DNA of 64,000 nt from Octopus sinensis (GCF_006345805.1 NC_043013.1:54064001-54128000), one strand, 5' to 3'. Shown: positions 1 to 11,899, numbered from the stretch's first letter. The notes: a model not told the origin generated them from the sequence alone. Program-made: numbers and translations.

Positions 1-78
1 TTTAAATTTTAATTAAGCCAAAATAAATACAAATATAAAAAAAGACAAGTGAAAGAAAGAAAGGGCTGTGTTACTTAC

Positions 79-232
79 TACATCACATTTTGTCCACTCA
101 GACCATTCACTCACAACACATTCCCTAATACATGGAGTACTGCAAATACGCTGTTCAGCAGGTTTTGGAATCTCATCACAGTAAGAGTCTTGCAGTGATA
201 TGCTTCGAGACAAATCTTCCTTTTCAACACAC
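79..232 (-). CDS. THSD7A: THSD7A/B-like internal coding exon (TSP1 repeat; MCVEKEDLSRSISLQDSYCDEIPKPAEQRICSTPCIRECVVSEWSEWTKCDV)
   Basis: Acceptor ttaaattAG at 234-233, donor GTAAGT at 78-73; 154 nt. The first G completes ATG with the AT left by exon 11462-11589. WxxW motif. Confidence 0.93.
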
Positions 233-958
233 CTAATTTAAGAATAGGAAATGATAAAACAAAGTGAATCAGTAAAATCAAAACAAAGTCTACAAATTAT
301 GATGCAGTAAAAATAAAAGCAAAATAATGGCTGATGTTTAAAATATTTTCTTAAATCATTTGTTGTCTTGATGAGATCATGTAATACTCATGGGAATATG
401 GTACTAGAGCTGTGGAGTCAGAGTCGTGGAGTTGGAAACAATTAAGGGGTAGCTGAAGTCGGAGTCGGTAAAACTATACTGACTGATTCCGACTCACAAT
501 ATCTTTATTCTTTAATATAAACCATTTATGACATATAGGCCTACACAAAGTACAAGCGTATGCATATGCTTTGAGATATGTAGACCACAATCCCTGAATT
601 ACATAAAGAGGAGTCAGTCAGAGTTGGAGTCAGAGGTACCAATTTTAGAGGAGTCAGAGTTGAAGTTTTTTGTTTCAACTCCACAGCCCTGTATGGTACT
701 AAAGCAAACCCTTTGTTGAGCAGCCTTTATAATTCTACTGTAGTAAACCTGTTGAATATTTTTTAGCCAGTTAATCAGCTGCTTAGATTATATATATATA
801 TGTATATGTAATATATATATATATATATTATATTAAATTAGAGATAAAACCACTATTAGGCAAATCATACGATGAAAAACTTAAGCCAATACATAAGATT
901 ATTTAATTTATATTATTTAAATATATAACAAAATTATTAAAAAATATAATTAATATAA

Positions 959-1022
959 CACTACGATCGTTTCATGGCTGTTAATTTCTTTAAATTTTCG
1001 AGTTACAGTCATTCATCAGGTG
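959..1022 (-). ncRNA. Minimal type I hammerhead ribozyme (minus strand)
   Basis: Minus strand reads CAC-CTGATGA-ATGACTGT-(23-nt loop)-ACAGCCAT-GAAA-CGATCG-TA-GTG. Stem I CAC/GTG; stem II 7 of 8 bp; palindromic stem III ACGATCGT; GUA cleavage triplet. Confidence 0.72.
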
Positions 1023-1051
1023 GTTTAAATATTTAAGTTAAATATTTCAAT

Positions 1052-1114
1052 CACCTGAAGAATGACTGTAACTCGAATTTTTACGAATTGGACAGCCATG
1101 AAACGATCGTAGTG
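1052..1114 (+). ncRNA. Minimal type I hammerhead ribozyme (plus strand)
   Basis: CAC(1052)-CTGAAGA(1055-1061)-ATGACTGT...ACAGCCAT(1092-1099)-GAAAC(1100-1104)-GATC-GTA(1109-1111)-GTG. Predicted cleavage after A1111. Confidence 0.72.
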
Positions 1115-1332
1115 TTATACTAATTATCTTTTTTTAATAATTTTGATATATATTTAAAATAATATAAATTAATTAATCTTATGTATTGGCTTAAGTCTTT
1201 CATTGTATGATTTGCCTAATAGTGGTTTTATTTCTAATTTAATATAATATAATATTTTACTATAAAATTGAATTCAATCCTAAATCTGATTTTTCCCTGT
1301 AAGTTTGGATTTATTCCCTAATATTTTATTAT

Positions 1333-1573
1333 TAATATATATATATATGTATGTATGTATGTATGTATATGTATGTATATGTATGTATGTATGTATGTAT
1401 ATGTATATGTATGTATATGTATATGCATGTATATGTATATGTATGTGTATGTATATGTATGTATATGTATTTATATATATATATGTATTTATATATATAT
1501 ATATGTATATATAGATATGTACGTATATATATATGTACGTATATATAGATATGTACGTATATATATATGTACG

Positions 1574-1632
<59 letters not shown>

Positions 1633-1660
1633 ATATGTATGTAAATATATATATATGTAC

Positions 1661-1704
<44 letters not shown>

Positions 1705-1728
1705 GTATGTATATATATATATGTATGT

Positions 1729-1769
<41 letters not shown>

Positions 1770-1856
1770 TGTATGTATATATATATGTATGTACATATAT
1801 ATATATGTATGTATATATATATATGTATGTATGTATATATATATATATATATATTT
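1333..1856. repeat. Compound (TA)n/(TATG)n/(TACG) microsatellite
   Basis: Directly visible; source of the YI/CM-rich spurious ORFs. Confidence 0.98.
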
Positions 1857-1940
1857 AAAAATTAAGGGTAGAAATTGATATTAGTCAATTAAAACCAGTG
1901 GTCTAGCACATTAAAAAGAATCCGAAGATTAAAATATTTA

Positions 1941-2141
1941 TATATACCAATTAAGGACTGAACACGAAAAGGTGGACAGTCAACATGCTAGATATAGACG
2001 TCAAATCGCCATTCTCCACAAGGATTATGTTCTCAAATAAAAATAAAATTCAGCACGACCTGAGACCTTTATTTGAGAACATAATCCTTGTGGAGAATGG
2101 CGATTTGACGTCTATATCTAGCATGTTGACAGTCCTTAATT

Positions 2142-2150
<9 letters not shown>
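1941..2150. mobile_element. Short foldback/MITE-like element with long perfect inverted repeats
   Basis: 1979-2041 is an exact reverse complement of 2068-2130 (63 bp). The outer arms 1944-1960 and 2130-2146 (ataccaattaaggactg/cagtccttaattggtat) also pair. TA-repeat flanks. Confidence 0.7.
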
Positions 2151-2186
<36 letters not shown>

Positions 2187-2192
2187 ATGTAT

Positions 2193-4663
2193 ATCATCAT
2201 AATCATCGTTTAACGTCCGTTTTTCGTGCTAGCACGGGTTGGATGGTTCAACCGGGGTCTGGGAAGCCAGGAGGCTGCACCAGGCTCCAGTTTGATCTAC
2301 AGCTGGATGCCCTTCCTAACGCCAACCACTCTGTGAGTGTAGTGGGTGCTTTTTACGTGCCACCGGCACAGAAGCCAGTCAAGGCGGCGCTGGCATCAGC
2401 CACGTTTGGATGGTGCTTTGTATGTGCCACCGGCACAGTAGCCAGCCAAGGTGGCGCTGGCATCGGCCACGTTCGGATGGTGATTTTTACGTGCCTCTGG
2501 CACAGTTATCACAACTGCTATTTCCATTTGATATTTATTTCGATGTTCATGTACTTGACTCAATAGGTCTCCTCAAGCACAGCGGGTTGTTCTGGAATCC
2601 AAGGTACTTTGAATGGGCAGGGGCTATGCGGAACTGGTGCAGGAAGCAGCCCAGGTCTTTGTAGTCACAGCATATCTCCAGAGATCTCGGTCCTTCGTCA
2701 TTGTTTCTGTGAGGCCCAACACTCTGAAGTCATGCTTGACCACCTCATCCCATGTCTTCCTGGGTCTACCTCTCCCCCTGATACCTTCAACTGTTTGGGA
2801 GCGGCACTTCTTCACACATCTCTCCTCATTCATCTGCAGTACATGACCATACCATCGCAAGCGTCGCTTTTGCACATCACATCTGATGCTTCTTATGTCC
2901 AGCATTTCTCTCAGGGTGCTTACACTCTGTCGTGAGTGCACACTGACATTACACATCTAGCGGATCATGTTAGCTTCATTTCTTTCAAGTCTACGCATGT
3001 CCTCTGCAGTCACAGCCCATGTTTCACTACCATGAAGCATAGCGGTTCACACACATGCATCATACAATCTACCTTTCGCTCTGAGTGAGAGACCCTTCGT
3101 CACCAGTAGGGGTAGGAGCTTTCTAAACTTTGCCCAGGCTATTTCGTATTCTAGTGGTGACACTCTCTGAGCATCCACCTCCACTACTAACTTGGTCACC
3201 CAGGTAGCGGAAACTATCAACTACCTCTAGTTTTGTCCCCTGGAGTGTGATGGAATCTGTTTTCTGAGTATCTGTGGTGTCTATTGTCCCTGTGCATCTG
3301 TCACACATGAAAGCTATCTTATCAGTTAATTTTCTTTTGATGTTTCTACACCTCTTATGCATCCATAGCTTTAAATGGGTACATCTTATGGAGTTTCTAT
3401 CTACACCTTTCCTACAGATCGAGCAGGGCCACCTGCTCGAGGGGGTGTGTGATGAGTTCACCTTTCTGCTTACTATAACTTTGGTCTTTGCTACATTGAC
3501 TCAAAGGCCCTTTGATTCTAAACCTTGCTTCCACACCCGAAATTTCTTTTCTTGTTCCGGTAGTGATTCTGCTATGAGAGCCAGGTCATCAGCATAGAGG
3601 AGCTTCCAGGGGCAACCTGTTTTGAATTCCTCTGTTATTGCCTGGAGGACTATGAAGAATAAAAGGGGACTGAGGGCTGAACCTTGATGGACACCTACTT
3701 CTACCCGGAATTCTTCACTATACTCATTGCCAATCCTAACCTTGCTGACAGCCTCTCTGTATAGGGCCTGAACAGCCCTTATTAGCCATTCGTCAATCTC
3801 CAGTTTCCACATCGACCACCAGATAAGGGATTGGGGGAACCTGTTAAAGACTTTCTCCAAGTCCACAAAAGCTATGTAGAGGGGTTCATCTTTAGCTAGG
3901 TATTTCTCCTGCAGTTGTCGAACCAGGAATATGGCATCAGTGGTGCTTCTACCTGGCACAAAACCGAACTGCATCTCATCTCAGCAAATTCTCTCCCTAA
4001 TGAGATGGGTTATGACCCTCTCTGAGACCTTCATCACCTGATCCAACAGTTTAATACCCCTGTAGTTATTTCTATCTAGAGCATCACCTTTATCCTTGTA
4101 GCAGTTGACTATGGTGCTGCTACGCCAGTCATTCGGTATGACTCCATTATGATCTACCTGGTTTACAATGCGGGTGACTAGGCCATATCCCACACAACCA
4201 GCTGTTTTAAGCATCTCAGCAGTGATTCCTGATGAGCCGGGGGCTTTTCCTGGTTTCATACCCTTAATTGCCTTAACTACTAGGGAGCTGTCTATTCGGA
4301 TAGCTGGTCCCTCTAAGGGTCAACATTTGGCAGGCTCTCCTCCTCCTATTCATTCTCCACATTCAGCAGTCTCTCATAATGGCTTCTCCAAGCCTTTTTC
4401 TTTTCAGAAACATTGAAAGCAAGTGCACCATCATCCATGCGGACACATTTCTCTCCTGTAACATCACTATTTTCTCTCACACACAGTCTTGCAATACCTC
4501 AGTTCTTTGGTCCTCACGTCGCTGGACATTGGCAAACTTCTTCTTTTCTGCTTCACCCTTGGCTATGTATACCTGCTGCCCAGCCTCCCTTTTGGCTACC
4601 TGGTACAGTTCTCTGCTACCCCCATCCCTCCAGGCTTTCCAGGCCTGTTTCTTTGCTCTAATG
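2193..4663 (-). mobile_element. 5'-truncated RTE-clade non-LTR retrotransposon (RT pseudogene with internal Cys/His finger, 3' UTR and (GAT)n tail)
   Basis: Frameshifted ORF pieces: KAPGSSGI..NYRGIKLL, QFGFVPGRSTTDAIF, FVDLEK, GVHQGSALSPLLF, LLYADD, FRYLGD, RLRWYGHV..RGRGRPRKTW. The 3' UTR ends gcacgaaaaacggacgttaaacgatgat at ~2193. Confidence 0.92.
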
Positions 4664-4665
4664 GC

Positions 4666-4666
4666 T

Positions 4667-4729
<63 letters not shown>

Positions 4730-4884
4730 TATGTGTGTGTGTGTGTGTGTATATATATGTGTGTGCATATATATATATGTGTGTGTATATAAATATATAT
4801 GTGTGCATATATATATATGTGTGTATATATATATATATATGTGTATATATATGTATATGTATATATATGTATATATATATATAT
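4666..4884. repeat. (TA)n/(TG)n compound microsatellite
   Basis: Directly visible between two LINE fragments. Confidence 0.97.
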
Positions 4885-5490
4885 CCTTAAAATCCTTAAA
4901 AATGTTTTAGCCCGAAGGCCGTGGCCTTGCTGGGGCACCACTGCTGAATGAGCTACACTAATATGTGAATCCACCTCTGATACGTGGCACTTGGTCAACA
5001 AGGGAGTTCGATGCTGCTGCCCGCATCTGTGTCTCCTGTCGTGAGGTAGATTCATCTGGGACCCCCGACAAGAAGAGATCCAGTTTAGTTTTAAAGAAAT
5101 CCACATCCACACCATGCAAGTCTCTCAGGCATTTAGGGAGGATGTTATAGAGCTGTGATCCTCTGAAACCCAAGCTGTTGCAGTATCTGGTCAAGTATTT
5201 TGATGGTGATGTTGGAATGTTTGGCACCATGCAGTGGCGCCCCGTTGTGCGGTTGGGGTAACTTTGAATGCCAAAGTTTGGGACAAGACCCTTCAGGATT
5301 TTCCAGATGTACGTCACTACATATCTCTCCCGCCTTCGCTCTAGGGAGAAGAGGTTTAATACTTTCAGTCTTTCCCAGTAGCTGATATTTTGCATTGAGA
5401 CGATCTTCTTTGTGTAGCTTCTTTGAATTGCTTGAGTTCTGCTGTTAGTGTTATATTGTGTGGTGACCATGTGGACTTTTAAGCTAGTTC
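4884..5490 (-). mobile_element. 3' fragment of a CR1/L2-group LINE (RT C-terminus, 3' stem-loop, (TTTTAAGGA)-like tail)
   Basis: [41 protein letters not shown] is typical of the CR1/L2-group ORF2 C-terminus. Short tandem tail at 4884-4902. Confidence 0.8.
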
Positions 5491-5929
5491 CTGCAGAGTG
5501 TTGATTGGGCCAGCAGTCGAAAACGAAATAGAATAATAATAATAATGATAATAATAACAATAACGATAATAATAATGATAATAATAATAAAGTGTTTATT
5601 GGTACCCTACAAATATGGTATTAATTCAAATTCAGTTTAAATGAAGTTTTTTTAAAATTTGAATTTTCAACTGTTAGTATCTAACAAATCTTCATCCAGA
5701 CCTGATCCTAGTGCTGGATGTTCAAGAACCAAATAAAGGGCAGATTTTCAATCCTGAGATCATCCTGATTCCAAAAAAGGTATAAAATGTCTAAGTAGAG
5801 CATATGTAGACTAAGAGTCAGGGGTCCTGGACAGACAGGCAGACAGAATTTTGCATTTATTATATAAAACATTAGTATTGATGTAATTAACTTACCCACT
5901 GCCTTAAAATTGCTGGCTTTGTACCAAAG

Positions 5930-6078
5930 CCAGGTGAAATGCTTAGCGGCATTTCATAATCTGACTTCAAATTTCACCATGGTCAGCTTTATTGTTTGTC
6001 CTTTCAGGATTGATAAAATAAGTACCAGTTGTTATCTGGTTATCGACTTATCCCCTCCACCAAAATTGTTGGCTTTAT
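5930..6078 (+). mobile_element. Degenerate tRNA-derived SINE (family A)
   Basis: gaaatgcttagcggcatttc...ttcaaattt...cctttcaggattgataaaataagtaccagtt matches other copies in the window. Confidence 0.6.
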
Positions 6079-6324
6079 AATTATTATTCTGTAGTCTTAT
6101 TTCTATCATATGTGCTTTCACTTCACTACCGAGTGCATCTCCATGTGCTTTGAGTATGTGATGTGGTTTGTTGTGATGCTCTTATTTTTACTGTATTGAA
6201 AGAGTTTTATGTAGGATGTGTGCGGTGCCTAGTAGTGCTGTTTTCGTTATGTTATATATACTTGTTAGTCCTGATGTTTTGTTGTGTATTAGTCTAAATA
6301 TTTTTTATCATACCTAATGCACCT

Positions 6325-6652
6325 ACTATAATGAGAAGCTTGAGAGGCGCTTGGATGGAACCTACACTAGCCTCCTTATGAGAGCTCAAAAATCTCTCGT
6401 GGAAGTGCCATCCAACCAAAATACAAATATATGGGAAACTAGCACCTGTGTCATCTCTTGTGAAAGCTAGGAGAGTCCAGTTTGCTCATCAACTCACAAT
6501 ACCAGAGGGCACACACTCTCCTACTCTGATGTAATCTCCAGGGATACAGGCATCCAGCAACAGGACCTCCGTAATGCTATGATGGACCGTGAAGTCTGGC
6601 ATAGCATGGTAAATTCCATTGTCTCGACCACGGTCGAACAATGATGATGATG
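6325..6652 (+). mobile_element. 3' end of an RTE/BovB-like LINE with (GAT)n tail
   Basis: Hand translation KLERRLDGTYTSLLMRAQ..LSW..HPTKIQIYGKLAPVSSLVKARRVQFA, followed by a tail ending acaatgatgatgatg. Confidence 0.7.
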
Positions 6653-8460
6653 AGAATTGTTTCTGTTTTTAGGCTCCACATTTGAGTTACCTCTATTTTC
6701 AGATCTTTTATTGTTATTTATGTCAGGTCACTCTTGAGTGCTACTGGTAACATGTAATCCAGTACAACCTGTCATATGGTCGGGTCGTTGGTGACTAAAC
6801 TTGGCAACCCCATCAAGCTTGCTTGGTGAGGATGGTGATTTTTTGGACACCCTGCAGGACAAAAAATAAGACCCATCAAAGGACAGAAGAACTACTTTGT
6901 AGTCAATGACCAATTCAACAAGTACTGTGTTGCAGTGAAGTGCCTGTGTGCCTCATTGACCTGGAAAGCTCTGCTGGAGGGAGAGAAATCTTCAGGTAGG
7001 TTTTACCAGGCCAGACACATTGAAGGGTAGGAGACAGACAAAACCTTAATGACAATGAACTGAAGATTTGGCAGCAAAGCATGGATTTAGTTATCGGCAG
7101 GACCTAAAAGATCAGATTCCTGGCTTTGAACTAGCAGGATGTCATGCAGAGGATCTTGAATACAAGACAATGGATGAGACCCTAATATTCCTAGTTAGAT
7201 GGAAGCTGTGGGACCACATGGAGCAGTACCATGTGACTCCTATAGTATGCGCGATTGAAACCTCTATGGGGGTGTCCTATGGGACGACCTAATTGAGATT
7301 ATTGTTATTATTATCATAGAGCAAAGTTACATATTATTGCTAGAGATGTTTTTAAAGAGTTATATTCTTTACATGGTTAGACATCCACTGGTTTATTTGC
7401 ATTGTGTGTTTGCAAATCTATTTTCCTCATCAAATGATTGATAGACTGACATACCAATGTAGTTTCAGTCATTTGTAAACCATTCTATGTGTTTTGATTA
7501 CTCTGAAAATGATTGGAAACAGTCAATAGTTGGAATGTGATCTCCTACAATCAGTCATTGAAGGAGGAGTACCTTAGTACAAAAGCTGACTGTAAGTTAC
7601 ATCATTGTATTCCAAGTGTGTTCATATCAATATGTGTTGATGTTATAAATAATTATTGAATTGATAATAATGTGATTAAGTATTGTCTTTCACACACGCA
7701 CTCTCTCTCTCTCTCTCTCTCTCACACAAGTTTTGACTGACACTAGTGTTTGATAAATTACGTAGAGTAAGAAACTGATGATGATGATGATGAATACATT
7801 GCTGTGTTAATAATTGTAATAAGATGCTGAATACCAAGAATTTAATAATTATTATGCAACAGCTGTTAAGATGATTGTAATAGTGATGGAGATGATGGTA
7901 GTAATATCAAAATATTATAGGATTAACAAAAGAAGCTTTAGTGTTAATTCAATTATCTTCACTTGCAAAATCAATTTTGTTGTTGTCACTAATTGATGAC
8001 AGTAAGACTGGAAAGGTGGTGCAAACTTAGTTTCAATAGAATTTAGCTTTGAACATCTACGTCTTGTAAAGACAAAAAAAAAAGATATAGAGAAAGAAAT
8101 GGCAAAGTTAAATCTAAGATGGAGAGAGAGGAGAATAAGTAACAAATGAATGGATGAGGAAACTGGAAACAAATGTGGAATATCATGTATAGAATGTCTG
8201 TATGGAATAAAACACAATTGGTGAATGATACATTTGCAAATAGTTAAATGAATTATGCTGAAAAGAGGGAGACAAACAGAATGAAAACTAGGGTTACTCT
8301 TGACTATAAAATGAAAATAGAGCAGAATAACTCACTTCTAAGCATTATAATATTAATTTTTGGACTGTTAAATATTTTGGAATATACTTATCCATGTTAC
8401 AGACATTGCTCAGTTTGAATTCCTAGTGACTTCTACTTTTCCTTGTTAATATTGTTTATT

Positions 8461-8650
8461 AAGGTAACGAGTTGGCAGAAACGTTAGCATGCTGGGAAAA
8501 ATGCTTAGCAGTATTTCGTTGAGGTCGACTTTGCCTTTCATCCTTTAGGGGTTGAAAAATTAAGTACCAGTTGTGTACTGCGGTCGATCTAATCAACTGG
8601 CTTCCCCATCCCTCCAAAATTTCGGGCCTTTTGTCTAGAGTAGAAAAGAA
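8461..8650 (+). mobile_element. tRNA-derived SINE (family A)
   Basis: aaggtaacgagttggcagaaacgttagc head, internal gaggtcgactttgcctttcatcctt...aattaagtaccagtt, tail tagaaaagaatatt. Confidence 0.75.
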
Positions 8651-9994
8651 TATTGTTTATTTTCTGAACCATATTTAACTAATTTTCATCCTACCATTGA
8701 AGTGTGTCTTGTCATCATCCATTTTCCACAACTATTCACCATCACACACCTTTCATACTGAATACGTCTTTTTCCACCAGAAGGAAACCTTTTTTTACCA
8801 ATGGCTGAAGTAATAACTCTTCCTTCAATTTACTTCTGTTTTTAACAACAATATTTTCTTGAGCATTAATTACATGACTTAGTAATATTTATAATTTCCA
8901 ACAAGCCATATGAGCAGTCAATAGTCTCCATTTGATGATTGCTTATGTGAACAACAAAGGTTGTATATCATGTGAAGCTGTTGACATGCTTGGTCTGCCT
9001 CACATATTTCTCTCTTCTCTCTCTATTGTTTACTTGCTCAATCATGATACTTTTGCTATGATTTTTCTGTATTCTAATATAAGCTAATACTGTGTGTGTG
9101 TATGCTTTATATCTCCCTTGTCTTGATCATCATGCCAAAGTTATAAACGAGCATCACCATCATAAAAGTGTTATCATTCATTTCCAATCTTCAATAAAAG
9201 CTGATCTGGCTGTGAGAAATATTAATCTAACATGAAAACAGGTGAGACTGGGTGCCAGGAAAGGCATTTAGCTGTAGAAAATCTGCCTCAAAAAATTCTG
9301 TCTGATGCATGCAAACTTGGGAAAGTAGGCCTTAAAAATGATGAAAGACAGCGATCATCTTTTTGACATTAAACACATCTTGCATTGATGAAATATCACT
9401 CCTGTCTCCTTTAATAACTCCAAGTCATTGTACACTACACTGCATCCTCCTTCAAAAAGAATACAATTTCTGTTTTATGGATATAATATTTCATGGTACA
9501 AGACAAAGGATTTGGTTTTATGGCCAGAAATAAGTTCAGTTTCAAACTGTTGCTGATATTTAATGAGGCTTACATATCTTCATGCTCAAACATTGTTGCC
9601 TTAAAAGTAAAAAATAATCTGTCAAAACAAATCCTTGTTAATATATGATAACTGTTTCTGTCTCCTATAACTTATTGTTCTTCTCACATTTCTAACTAAA
9701 AGCAAGTCCTGTATTCCCTTCGGCCTCTCATCTGTCATAGTAAAATGCCTCTCTCAATTATCCTTGCAACTACCACAAATGGACATTTCCTCTAATCCTC
9801 AAAGGTTCAAGTTGAACCTGAGTTTTATCATTCTCTCAAGTCTGGTAGAACATGCTGTGTCTAAGGACAATGCTAGTCTTGGACTAAATTTCTTTTTAAA
9901 ATTAGATTGTCCATAATAAAGAGTTTTATATTAATCAGAATATTTGAACCCCTCTCACCTCATTAGTTTATGGCATTTTGTGTACATGTATCCT

Positions 9995-10028
<34 letters not shown>

Positions 10029-11461
10029 AAATAATATTTTATATATATATATATATATATATACTCAGAGATATAGCAAGTTCTGCTTCTGAATTTAACA
10101 CAATGTCAGAAACCCTTCAATGTCACGAGCTGGTATCTTAGGGGTAGGGCAAAATGCTTGTGCTCCTGAGATAGCTGCTGAAGCTATGGAAGGTTTCCTG
10201 ACATTGTAATAGATATAAAGGAGCATGTTATACTTTTGAGGATTTTCTGCATTTTATGCATAGGGTAAAGCATCAATGATGCTTATTTCACCCATGTCAT
10301 ATATTTATAAAGTCTCCTTCTTTTTGGTTTTCTCATTCATGAGTAAATCTTTACTTTTTCATGATTATGTCCTTATGCGCATAAGTATGCAGCTAAATAC
10401 AAACTATTGAGGATAAAAAATGATTACGTAAATTAGCAATTCCAATTTGTTTAACCAAAAGTAAAAATGCTTCCACAGCATTCTTCCATGTGTTTTAGCA
10501 GTAAAATCTATATAAATTACTTGACAATAATATTAGATGGACTTTCCTGTGTTTACTTTTCTAACATATTTCAGTTGAAGGTAGCTAAAAATTAGCATTC
10601 ACAAAATGTAATAAAAGAGAAAATTTGGAGCAGAATCAACCTCAGCTGATGATTAGTAGCCAAAGCTAATTGTCATTATATGGAACAGATTCATTAATGA
10701 TAAATTCTTTATGATATAGTGTGTTCATTTACTGTCCATTGTCATAATAGCTTATGATGGAAAGCTAGCAGATCTCAACTGATGATGCGTTAAGTACTTA
10801 ATAAATAGGATGGTGTTAATTGTTCTTATAACAATGCCACTATTTTAAACACCAAATATCTATAACTATAAAACTACCCAGAGAAAGTCTTTGAATTTTC
10901 TAATCATTGATATGTAGATTTAGAGGAGGATAAATACAATTTTACTGGTTTGAAAACTGAATACTAGAAGCATTAACAATTCAGTCTTAGAATCTAGCTT
11001 CAAAGAATAATATAAAAACTGAGCAAATTGCCATTGAAGATTGTTTTTGTATATTTATTATAAAGTTCTATTGTTTTGTGCTCAAAATTTCATTTTATTG
11101 TAGAATGTGAATTTGCAATCAATAGTGAGCTGTTTCTAAAAATATAAAAATTCTACTGTTGCACTTCTATAGAGAAATTTACTATCATTAAAATATTATG
11201 CATATTATGTTGGGCATTGCAGACTGTTCTGTAAATTACAGAGTATATCAACAAGGAGTACTTCATCACTACAAAAGTAATATAATATTGACTGAAGCCA
11301 ACTAAAATTTTGATTTGGTTTCAGTTGAGAATTAAGCCTAAAAAAAGGTAAACAATGTTGATACAATAACAGATGTAAAAAAGTGTGTCCAGTTCTCGAA
11401 GTTTTCAAAATTTTTATTAGAATGCAATATAAACATAATAATTAATATTTTGTTTACTTAC

Positions 11462-11589
11462 ATTACACGACGTGTTTGTATGCCCCTTCCACAAGTGGCT
11501 GGGGATTGATACACACAAGAATCCCATCCATCATGTCTCCACACATATTCCTTACAATCAGTTTTGCAAAGTTTGGTTTGTATTTCTGC
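11462..11589 (-). CDS. THSD7A: THSD7A/B-like internal coding exon (AEIQTKLCKTDCKEYVWRHDGWDSCVYQSPATCGRGIQTRRV)
   Basis: Acceptor tgtttgcAG at 11591-11590, donor GTAAGT at 11461-11456; 128 nt, phase 0 in and phase 2 out. TSP1 CGxGxQTRRVxC motif. Confidence 0.93.
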
Positions 11590-11899
11590 CTGCAAACAAT
11601 AGAAATAATGGTGAAGAATTAGAGTTAAGCTAAATTTAAATCTAAGATGATAAATTAGGCTTGTATTCATATTCTCTAAACCCAATGATGTCTCTATGAA
11701 TGTTATTACATTTACAATATTAACTAAAACTAATGTAGCACAGGGTGTAGGATTTATGTTTTCTTTGACTGATGACATAATCGAGAAACCAGAAAGTTTA
11801 ATTAGAGACCAAAGCAAGGTTTTGTGATGATAGTAATCACAGGATTTGTCATGAGAACTTCAGAAAACAGGATCAGTTGTTACTTAGGTTTATGTGAGA

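Larger units (their letters stand above)
830..1330. mobile_element. Foldback (inverted duplication) of a Penelope-like/retrozyme terminal sequence embedded in (TA)n
   Basis: ~830-1022 is the reverse complement of ~1052-1245 (roughly 90% identity by eye), with a ~30-nt spacer. Each arm contains a hammerhead core. Flanked by (TA)n on both sides. The Penelope-like assignment is inferred from the hammerhead type. Confidence 0.65.

Noticed and set aside
1305-1865. Long Y/I/C/M-rich ORFs here and at 4489-5115, 31842-32192, 43321-43603, 44857-45318 and 60847-61366
   Set aside because: Translations of (TA)n/(TATG)n microsatellites, which lack stop codons in several frames.
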